DNA from: Raillietiella orientalis
Lineage: Eukaryota
Length of the DNA stretch: 64,000 bases
Direction: 5' to 3'
Assembly: GCA_036172245.1 (NCBI GenBank)
Contig: JAYWIR010000028.1
Location: 2,728,001 to 2,792,000 of the forward strand
A program made the translations under genes and the position numbers. The notes beneath the pieces were generated by a model that saw only the letters and a list, made by a program, of their open reading frames with translations, had not been told where the DNA came from and did no database searches. The first letter of the stretch is position 1. Each line of letters starts with the position of its first letter. This document shows, one piece after another, positions 54,028 through 64,000 of the stretch.

Positions 54028-54051
54028 CTGCACTTTGATCTTAGCCAAAAG
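54028..54051 (-). pseudogene. U2: U2 snRNA fragment (about nt 14-37)
   Basis: Minus strand CTTTTGGCTAAGATCAAAGTGCAG matches 23/24 to invertebrate-type U2 CTTTTGGCTAAGATCAAAGTGTAG. Confidence 0.8.
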
Positions 54052-56899
54052 ACCTAATTAGCAATTCATGCAGGTCAAGATGAATCCATCACTATCAAAA
54101 ACCTCAATTTCTACGAAGAGATTTGTGCAACGCACACCCAAGGAATTCTCCTCTGTATGTAAACAAAAATTATTTGTTTCGAGTCGAAACGGTTCGCTTT
54201 TATGTGAAATTGGATTTTGGAACTTTTTTTTTTAAAATTCATGACTGGTTCAATAGCCGCTTTCGACTACTTGTGGCTTTTTCACTCCTTCCCCATTGAT
54301 TAAGGCGTCGGCTCATTTTATGATTCATCAGCTTTTCGGAGGATTTTTTCCGGAGCAAAGCTGTGCGGGTACAAAAGATTTGCCATCTCGTTTTAGGTTT
54401 CCTCCTCCACTTCCATATCGACTGTTACAGAAGCTGGAAACCTGGTTTGGGGAACTTCGTGATTGAGCTTCCAGGCACAACGAGCCCATCTCACGTCCAC
54501 TGAGGTGCATCTGAGGTGATGCTGGATCGCACGATGCAAAGATGCTCGGATCACCATACCAGTTTGCTAACCAAGGGTGTATGCTCTTAGGCAGCTGGCG
54601 GTGCACTCTCCTCTGGGTTGCTCCGGTTCTCGGTGAAGTTTGCTTTTCGAAGTAAGAAAAATGGCACCGTGCTGCGGAAACGGAAAAATCCGTGCAGGAG
54701 TTTAATTAGAAACCCATGGAGCTCAAAGCACTCGTCTGTGCCATCTGTTGCGGAGCAAACTCCAAGCAGCACACGCTGAAGTCTGTTTCGTCCAGCGAGG
54801 TCTTTGGTCTCCACAGGTCAACTCAGGCTTTTGTTCTTTTGTGTAGACTCTCTACGTGTACGATAATCTTTCCGTCTATGGGCGTAAAGCATTCCGGACG
54901 TGTAAGCTCCCAGGAACATTTAGCGTAGAAGGAAAAAAATCAAATGAAATCCTTGCATATGTGTAAAAAAAAAAAAATCCTTGGCTTTATTACCATTTCG
55001 CGTTGTGATGATTTACTGATTTGCTGAAAACACTCATCACGTTTCTTTGATGCGATTAAACAGTGCAGAGTAAGTTTGCACGGCTTCTCATGAACCACTT
55101 CTTTTCTTTTGTGCACGTATTCGTTAAATTACTATTTTTCGGAATCATGATTGCTTCGTAGGGCCTTCAGAACGGGAGCTTTTAGGGTTAATTTGGAGAC
55201 GAAAATTAGGATTTAGTTATCATGTCATTGACAGGAAAAACTATTGAACTTCATTCCGAACATTCTGATGTTACTTATAAAAAAAAAAAAAAACATTTTT
55301 CGATTAAAATCCATTTTCAATTCGATACACATTGCGTGCATCCACAATTCGGTCCTTTTCGCAGCATTCGTGGGTCCTCGATTGAACTTCTTTCCTGTGT
55401 TCTCATTCGCCAAGGCTTCCTTCTTCGATATAATAAAAGTGCCTCTTTTGGAGCCCGCCGGACAGCAGCAGCCAGCTCATTTGTCTCTGGACCAAATTTC
55501 ATCATCGAGTTGATCCGCGGAGCTGCAATTCGATTTCCCCCTCCCCGCACGCACCACCACGCTCGTTAGGTTTTTACGAAGAATTTCGTATTCTCGAGTC
55601 GAACGCGTTCGAGGGACCACCGATGCCGAATTCTGTCATTCAGACGATTTGTTCTGTTATCTGAAATTATAATGAAAAATTGAAACCAGAGCTAATCCTC
55701 CGGCTCGCTCGCAGCATCCTTGGTGCAACAAACTGAGAGCGTGCCTATGCACTGATGCACTCGGGTTGACATTCGTTTCATTTCAGCACCAAATTCTCCT
55801 TTTCCTGTAGCGATGTGGATGCCCACGCCGAGAACGTATTCGTACATAACGCATTCATTCATCATTCGAAACCACAGCCGTTCCACGAACCGGAAATAGG
55901 ATGACGGTGAACGTGTGGTTCATCAACCCAGCGGTTCACACTGTGTCTCTCTTCTTCCTTTCCCCATCACCGTTTGGCACGGCAGGCAAGGAAGCAGCAG
56001 CGCTCTTTTACACGGTTGTGATGGTGCGTTTTCCTCTCCTCGCACGAGGAGTGTCGCCTTTCATCTGTGTGTCGACGCTTTGTTTGTGTTTTTGATTTCC
56101 GTGTTTGCTCTTTCTCCTTTTGTTTCCCTCTCTCCCTCGTCCACTCTTGGCGGTGCGTGGGGGAGCTGCTGAACCCAGGTGAAAACCGAAACGAGAAACG
56201 AACTCGGAATTCGCCCACGATGGGGTTATCCACTCGGTTTGGGCAAAAAGGTGCCCTTTGCCTTTTCGAGTAATTTTTTCCGCAATCCTTATTGCAGACG
56301 GTGCGAATGGCACCGTCTGCAATAAGTCTTTATCGCACAGAGAACCGAACACCCTGGAAGCTGCCCAAATGCCTTCCCGGTCCCAACGTTGCCGAGTAAA
56401 TGGGAGCTCCCGAAACGATTACATAGCGATTCGAGGGACGCGCTGGAAAATGAAACTGACGTGATTACAGCAGGTTGTTCTGCCGTCAGAACTAATTAAA
56501 ACCCAATCCCCTTATTAGGATCGATTTCGAAAAGCGAGTTCGAAAAAATGATGCGTTACACAGATCATTAAAGGAAAAAAAGTAGTACGGAAGAGAAAGA
56601 GATTACCGGTGTTGTCAATTAACAGCTGTTAATTGAAAAAAAAAAAAAAATCTCCCCCCCTCTCCTTGACCTCTCTATTGCAACATCACATTTACTCGAG
56701 AGCCCAGCCATAATTAAGTAATTTGAGTAAAATCAATTTGTAATCCAATTAAGATTTCTCTGATACGTGACTTATTGGACATTCGTTGAGCGGAACAACA
56801 AAAAAAGAAAAACCATTTCTGCTAACGCGCCCCGAAAGGCATTCAATTTCCAAAATGGTTGTTGCCTTCCATTCAATTTTTCTCGAGATTTGCCAACTT

Positions 56900-57747
56900 T
56901 TTTTTTTTTTTTTTTTTAAAGGCCAGTAGCGACCTTACGATCGTTACTATCGGTCTAGGATGATGGAAATCCTCCTTTTCTGTCTTCGCAGTCCTTCGAC
57001 ACCGTTCCACGCCACCCGAGGGTGGGTAATTCTTCAAGATAGGGGGTACCCCGGGAGAGATCCTCCCTATGAATCCAGGAAGGACTCGGAGTCCGTTCCT
57101 CTCACGCCTGGGGAGGGAACCCTGGAAATGGAGATCATCTCCACCCTGGTTGTCTCCGAAAGGGAACCCTGAAGAGAATCTCTTTCTTCATTCTCTCCGA
57201 AGCACCCCCGAGGGGGTCCGCTCCATTCTTTCCTCTCTGAAGGGAACCCGGAAAGGGTCCGATCCTGGAATTTCTTCTCCGGAGGGATCCCCCGCAAGGG
57301 ATCCGCTCCTGCCTTTACTCTTCTGAAGAGAATCCAGAAGGGACGCTTCCGAAATCCAGAAGGACGCAGAATCCCCGGAGGGATCGGCTCTCGTCTCTGC
57401 ACTCTCTGGAGAGGTGGTGGCGACACACCTACTCCATCAGTACGACGAGAGGTCCCCCCCGGAATGGGGGTTCCGCTCCTTCACAACCAGAGGGAAGCTC
57501 CCACTCCGTGATTCCTGGAAGTACCCGGAGGTCGACTCCCATTTGACCCGGCCCTCATCGGGGGGCATCCGGTTTCAGCCGCTGCCAATGCCGCATCCGG
57601 ATGAGTGTAGGCCAACCAGCGTCATCTTGTGGGGTGAACTGGGAACCCACGACGCACTGCGTCGATTCCTTCGGAGTATTCGAACCCACGACTCTTAGTG
57701 GTGCCACGCGCGGAGACCACCGTAACCACACGGCCTCCGACGCGGGC
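56900..57747 (-). mobile_element. Long tRNA-derived SINE, copy B (full length, poly(A) tail, 14-bp TSD)
   Basis: Direct repeat AGATTTGCCAACTT at 56886-56899 and 57748-57761. T20 at 56898-56917 is poly(A) on the minus strand. 5' end GCCCGCGTCGGAGGCCGTGTGGTTACGG (A box like tRNA-Leu/Ser GGCCGAGTGGTTAAGG) and B box GGTTCGAATAC at 57676-57686. Confidence 0.88.
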
Positions 57748-59689
57748 AGATTTGCCAACTTCCGTGTCCCAATGATTCCAGATCGGTTTTCAATTCAGCA
57801 TTTTTATTGAAATTTCTTTATCTCAAAATGATGCTGTCTGAGTCTTTTGAGATCCCCCACTTCGGTATCTTTTCCAAACTGTGCTCGGGATCGTTCGACG
57901 GCGGTTGCCCAACACTTAGCTGTTTACTGTTTCCCAGCTCCTGAAGATGTTCCAGATGGTGCTTTCCTCGGATGGATGGATAATTTGCGCGAGCATTTGC
58001 CTTTGGTCACAAAGCTGGAGCCACCTCTCTCCGGTTACATTCCTTTTCAAAGGTTCCTCGTCGTCTTCACTCCGTGCTCGAAATGTCTGATTTAGAACAT
58101 CTTCAGAGTCCCACGCACAGCTCACCCGGTCTGAGCCATCATGGATGCCAGGCAGTCAGCGTTTGAGTGTTCGTCCAACACAACGAATATCAGTGTCGAA
58201 TCACGCGTACTGAACTTGATTTTCTGGCAACGCTTTGATTATCCAACAGTTATTCAAGGCTACAAGCATTCGAGTCGATTACGGGTCATCTGGAAAGGCC
58301 ACCAATTCAGCAAATCTCCGCATGAAATCTCTGGCAGTAAAAAAAAGAAAAGAAGAAACGCGTTTTTCACCGCAATTCTTCCATGATGATAGATTCAAGA
58401 ATCAACCAAGGGATGCAGGTTGCATTTTCGCTTACTCACTGTCTTGTCGCAAGAGGTCGCAAGACACCTATGCTCTGCAGCCAAGTCAATCAGCCAGAGA
58501 CAGCATCGTGGAGGATTGCCCCATAGGCATATATTTAAAACAATGAGAACCGAATGTCATCGACGAAAAAAGACTTCGCTGCAATGAGGAAATTTAGCAA
58601 TCAATAGAAGCACGCTTGCAACTTTCTGGCAAAGCTTTGTCGAGTATCAACCAGGAGGGACTAAGGAAACAGAAGAAGTCCTCGTCTGGCATCGAAAGTG
58701 GAATCAAATTATTCAAAATTTCCAGAGAAGGATATTAAATGAAATTATCAGAAGAAGATTAGGGAGAGAAAATCCGTAGGTACTGAGCTCCGCTCATCAT
58801 TAATTCGGGGGGAGAGGGGGGGGATGTCATGGCAACTCATTGCCACGAGGGTTCGTGTTTGATCAAGAAGAGTTTTTTTTTTTTGCCATTCCCGTGATTT
58901 CGGCTTGTTTCCAAACTTTGGCGATTCCATTACTTAGGAGTCAACAGACTCCAAAGAATTAAAGGACGTCGAATGCTTTTCCTTTGCCATCGACGTACAT
59001 CAATAAGCAAAGGTTCGGGAAATCTGCGTCAGAGACGCCGCCTGTGTTCGACCTGCCTTCTAGCCGTGGTTCAGTTTCGTCATTACACATCAGCGTCACG
59101 ATTTTGCTTGTTCTTCTTTCCCGTCTTTCCTTCGGCTAAGTTTTTCTGAGTGCTACTCGAGCTTACTGGTTCCCTCAGCTTTTCTTATAATTTCTTAAGT
59201 GGCTTCCAAGCAATCGAGAGAGGATGCTTCCGATTTGAACAACCTTGGAAGGGACCAAGTGAAAAGAACGAATGAGGAAAATCAAAGTGGAATGAAAAGG
59301 AAGCAACAAATCAAGATGCAAAAACGAAATATAAATAAATAAATCAGAAATCATCAAAGAATCTTTCAGTATTGATTTCCACCTTCTGCTGGCTGTTTTG
59401 GGTTCTGAGAGAATTACATTTGTTCTCGCTTTCCTTCTTATTCTTCCGTTTCTTCCACTACTTGGGTTTTCAAGTGACCTTTCCAGTAACATTTGCTACA
59501 TTTTTGTCTTGTTGATTCTGTCTGAAAGAATAAGTTGCATCTCACGGTGAAGATATTTCAATGTTACTCACACAGAGGAATCCTTTTTTTCCCAGAAGAA
59601 AAAAGCTGGTGATCGCCCCTCGTTCGTTGCCTCCTCTGAGATTGATGACGAATGCGAAAACTCCAGGGATGAATGCACTACGATTTGCC

Positions 59690-62600
59690 TAACGGGTACA
59701 TCGGGTGAAAATGCATCCTTCATCCATCCCAGGAAGTTTTCGAACCTCTCTGCTCGAGAGGAACGCAGCTGCTGATCTCATTGTGATGTTTGTCTCTCCG
59801 CGATGCTTTTGTTTTCTTGACAGATTCACTTCCTCCCAGTAAGACTTGGGGTTCTGCGCGATCCGAACGAATCCTTGCCTTACCAGGTCCTGTGCTGGCA
59901 ACTCCGGCCGTTGATCACAGCAATCAGCTCAGTCAGAGATCAGTTGCTCTGTGTGATCAATCACATAGAGCAACTGATCAGTTTGTTCAATGGCTTAGTC
60001 GCCAGAACGGATAACTGAATCTCTAAGAGAAACGTTCGAGAAGCCGCAGGCTGAGGTATCCAAAGCTGGGGCTGCAGCTAGGGCGAATACGCTGGCGTGC
60101 CTCGTGGCATGCTGTCCGAATCTTGAGGCTGATGAGATGAAACAGCCTTCAGAGGACTGGGAATTCCATGGCCTCCGTCCTGCTCAGCACAGCATCCCAT
60201 ACTTCTTCACCCGTTCGATTTTTCTCTTCCTCCGCCTGAACGCTGTTCTGTTGGCAATGTTCGGGCGCTGCTCGGACGACTGCTGGCTTGCCCGGCTCCT
60301 TCGAAGGGACGTCGCGGCCTGCTGGGCGTGCAGAGCTTCCGGTTGAACGTATCCGGTCGCGTTGGCGTTCCTCCGTCGTCGCTGTTCGTTCTCTCCCGAC
60401 ACCGTCGCTCCCGAAACCTCTCCTCTCCCCTTCACCTTCTTTCCTTACTCCCGGCTGCTGCGACCGGGCTCCACCGGGAAGTCTGGTCTTCTGGCTCCGT
60501 TTCTCTGCCGCCTGTTCTTCTGGACGAGTTCGTCCTTTGGAGAGTCAGCAAACGTGTGAGAGCCACCCGTCAGCCCGGGGGACGCCCCTCCCTGAGGACC
60601 GGGGCGACGAGCGGAACGCGAGCCCAGGAGGTTATAGACTCCCTTCCTCCTGGAATGAGACTTCGACAGCCAAAGCACGCCATCCCCGGCGCAAAAGATA
60701 CCGAAAACCGGGTGCGGGTCTGTTTGAAAGAATTCCATGGCACAGCCGATGGAAACCTAAAGGACTTGCTGCTGCTCTGGCGTTGTTTCTGGACTCCTTG
60801 AAGGGATTCATCGAGGTTCATATAGCGCAGCAATTTTTTGGTAGTGGTAGTTCTTACATATGTGCATCCGCAATGTTAGCAGTTCTAGGGCATATGTTTC
60901 CTGTATGGTTGAAATTCAATGGTGGAAAGGGAGTTGCAACAACTTTGGGGATTTTGATAGCACTTGGTATTCATATATTTGTTTGGCTAGCAGTGTTTTC
61001 TATCTTTCGATACTCCGTCCAAACAGCCCGTGTCGGAATAGAGGTTGTATCTCAGGAGAGGTTTCCCTGAGGATTTTCCAGAGCAGCAGCATCCGATGGC
61101 GCTCAAGTTCGGTTCTGGTTCATCAGGCATCCCTTGCGACGTGATTCGAAGGGAAGTGCTAGGAAGCGGAGGGATCATCCGACTCCGGATACTTGAAGAT
61201 GGGCTTATCTTGTGGAATACTGAGATAGCAGTCTCTAAAGTTTTCGGATGTCCGCATCTTCTCTAGACCTTTCAATGGCCCTTCCATGCACGATGAAGCA
61301 GTAGTCAGTTTCACGCACCCGTTGCTGCCGATTTCCATGGCTTCCTGGAGTGCAGGTTTCCAACGAGGATTTTGCTCCACAGAGGTTCAGATCTTGCTCC
61401 AGGGCGTGCACACTCCTCCTCCAATGACACACGAGGAATTCTTTGCCTGAATATGCTCAAGCGGTTCGGGATTTTTCCCTTATTCCTAACGGTCTAGAGA
61501 AGCTCTCGTCTTCAGCGTTCCTGAGCAGAAGAGCATCCTCGGCATGCCCTTTCCAATGCTGAGATCCTGAGATTCACTCATTTGGCCATTCCTCAGGAGC
61601 TCGAGAGTCAACAACGGGAGAGGTGTCCCTCTCTCCAAGTGTACAAGAAGAATAGGGGTAATCCGATGAGGGAAGAGGCGCATCCTTGTTTATGCATCTT
61701 TGCCTGGCTCCATGGAGCCATCATTCTCATTGTTCCTGAAGAGCATACGAAAACCCTGCATAGCTTGAGCTGAGGAATTTGAAGAGATCTGCAAAGTTGG
61801 ATGGGTGGTGATGGTAGTGGTGTGGAGGGTGGAGGGCTCCTTCCTCTCTCTCAACGGAAGAATGGAGATCGAGTCCGCTTGCATACGCAAGAGCCGTTCC
61901 CTGTCTGGGAGCATCTACAAAGAAAGCGAAGAGTCCTCTCTTCGCTCCCACCATCACCAGAAACACTCGTTTTTGGTGATGGTCTTCACCTCCTCTCCGG
62001 GATCCTGTCGCTAATTTGACGGATCTCTTACAATTGAGCATTCAGTGGGCCCAGTTCGAAGAGGGCGGTTCCTGTAATTTTCTGCGACGAATCACGTTTC
62101 CCTCGCCGCTTACGGAGCTCTTCGTGAGAACATCCTAAAGAGCATCCAAGAGCAAAGTCCCGCTCCTCTGACAGCCTCTAGCGAGACTCTCCGAGAGCAC
62201 TTGACGTGCAAGGGGAGGCTTCTTCTTTCTTTCGCCTCCTCGCCGTCTCCTTCGGGAGCTTCCTTCCCCTCTCCAGCGTGAGCAGCTCCTTCCTTCCATG
62301 CATCCCACGAAGGCAAAACGTTCCAAGGAAAACGTTTCTTTCAGCATCCGGAAGGAACATCCTCTAGCAATGTCTGCGACATCTGAATCTTTTTCCAATG
62401 GAACACACGACACTGAATTCCCTCTGTGGGACCCGCTCAAGAGACGCAGCGTCCCACAGGGTAACTAGGACGAGAGCTGTGTGACTGGGTGTCAGAGGTC
62501 GCTTCGGACTCCGAAACCGGCCCCTATGCATCTCGCCGATGGGTGGAAGGACATCCTCTGATCCCACGAGCTCGTTGCTCCTTCAGTCAGCACAGGGTCT

Positions 62601-63200
62601 TCTGCTCTAGCTGAAGCAACTCGGAAGCGGGTGAGTCTGCTCGGGTAGCGAGCGCAGCCATCCAATCTGGGCGCTGACCAAGCTCGATGCTTCCCTTTCA
62701 GGTCTTCCGCTCGGTTTCTCTGTCCGTCCCGCATGAAAAACCTGTCCTGGCTACTGCGGAACCAAGGCGGCTAACCCCTTTCCCTTGTCCCCTTCCCTCT
62801 TTCCTTTCCCAGGGTTCTTTGTTCGTCCCTTCCTTCCTGGCTTCCCAGCAGTCCGAAGAACGGCGAGTTGCTCAGAGACCTGCACACATGCAGGCAGTAA
62901 ATATGGAGAGGGTGGAGGCGCGCATCCAACATCCACCTCAACAGGGAAGTACACTGAGGGAGCACCTTGGGCTATGGTCAGCAGCGGGCCTGAATAAGGT
63001 TGACAAGATGGCGGCTGTTGAGAAAAATCCCCTTCCCCGGAACGTTAAGCGCATGCTCCGAAATCGAAGAAAATAGTTTACTGGCTTCTCGAAAGATGCC
63101 GGAACCGTGGATCGTCCTAACACCAAGCCGACTTTTCCTGCCCTTCAGTTCCATCCTGCGAGGTATGGACTGCACGAGCATACCCGACAAGCGAAGAACG
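59690..63200. mobile_element. Mosaic of decayed RLE-retrotransposon fragments on both strands around the plsY piece
   Basis: FLSSREVRKLPGMD (minus, about 59.7 kb, pre-RT region-like); LQVYKKNRGNPMRE (plus, about 61.6 kb, LY..NR motif); FPALQFHPARYGLHEHTRQ (plus, about 63.15 kb, C2H2-like). Confidence 0.35.
60759..61016 (+). pseudogene. plsY: Internal fragment of bacterial glycerol-3-phosphate acyltransferase plsY, Wolbachia-like (nuclear transfer)
   Basis: Translates as KGLAAALALFLDSLKGFIEVHIAQQFF..ASAMLAVLGHMFPVWLKFNGGKGVATTLGILIAL..FVWLAVFSIFRYS. It contains the PlsY signatures D.LKG, GH.FP, F.GGKGVAT and the start of RYSSL. It is an AT-rich island within GC-rich TE relics, with no start, no N-terminal GSGN.GATN motif and no C-terminus. 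Confidence 0.88.
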
Positions 63201-64000
63201 GGAAGGGGAGTGGGAGGCTTCTAATATGGGAATCCGGTCCTCTGGGAAGGAATCCGGGATGGACCTGGCTTGTTCCACTGTCCGCGGGTGGACTGGCTCT
63301 CCAGCGGGCTGGATTTCCTCTTTTGGAGGGTGCGTCCGTGCTGCAACCGGTCAGCACCGAGACGGCGAGACCTTCAAACGGATGGGACGGCCGCAGCCTC
63401 CGACCGAGCGTGTCACGGCGGCGAATCCCCTCAGCCACCGGTGAGGCTCGGAGAGAGGCCCGTCAAGCCTCATCGAAATCGCGAAGGCGAGGGTCCTTCG
63501 TGGGAAAGTGTGCGCGCGCAAAAAAAAATAAAAGGATGGAGGGGAGAGGGGATGGAACTGTCCCCCTTTTCGGGTTTTCGGCTCGCCCTGCGGAGCGATC
63601 GGGGAAGAAGGGGAACTTCCAAGGACGGTCCCTCTCCGCGGCCCCAGCTGCCCGCACTCCATGATCCCCTGCTGCAAACGCCAGAGCGAAGGGAGAGGGA
63701 GAGCACACATATGGTCGGCGGAACTTCCTGATGGCACCGAGTTGGGACGCTTCCTGGAGCCTCTTCCGGTGATATCCCAGCCCATTTGACCCGAGACTCC
63801 GGGGTTAAAGGAGGGGGAGAGCGAGGGGAAGGAGAGCGAGCTTTCAGGAATCTTCCCGTCTGCCAGGCATAAATTCCTCGCGGAGTCATACAGGCGAGAG
63901 AGACGACGATCGGGAAACGCGATACCGCAACACACGTCGGGGCAGGGCGGCTCAAGCCCTCTGCGAGACACAAGCAGTCTCCAAAGGGGTCTTTCCGCGT

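Noticed and set aside
60128..60150. CTGATGAGATGAAAC hammerhead-like core
   Set aside because: Only 3 nt lie between the conserved boxes, so there is no stem II, and there is no NUH site.
60288..61070. 260-aa ORF as a functional TE-PlsY fusion gene
   Set aside because: It starts at a non-ATG codon in GC-rich TE debris, and the PlsY part lacks motif 1 and the C-terminus. An accidental open frame is more likely.

Overview
This is animal nuclear DNA, not prokaryotic. It is an invertebrate, most plausibly an arthropod, but the taxon cannot be fixed from this window alone. Three intact spliced protein-coding genes could be rebuilt by hand with GT-AG introns, mostly 40-56 nt long: glutamine synthetase (minus, 6362-10963, 366 aa), a WW+PIN Swt1-family endoribonuclease (plus, 40621-44186, 776 aa) and diphosphomevalonate decarboxylase (plus, 49295-50970, 385 aa). 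Most of the rest is decayed transposable elements, chiefly RLE-type (R2-superfamily, NeSL/Utopia-like) non-LTR retrotransposons. Notable items: (1) a U2 snRNA gene split by a Utopia-type retrotransposon (28647-31496), plus a second U2/Utopia junction at about 54.0 kb; (2) an unusually long (about 830 nt) tRNA-headed SINE family with a periodic hairpin body, in three copies, one with a poly(A) tail and a 14-bp target-site duplication; (3) a 258-bp Wolbachia-like plsY fragment (endosymbiont-to-host transfer); (4) a possible endogenous negative-strand RNA virus nucleoprotein relic; (5) an excess of perfect short hairpin palindromes. Almost all ORFs in the supplied six-frame track are spurious or are TE fragments. 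All homology calls rest on motif recognition by eye; no searches were run.
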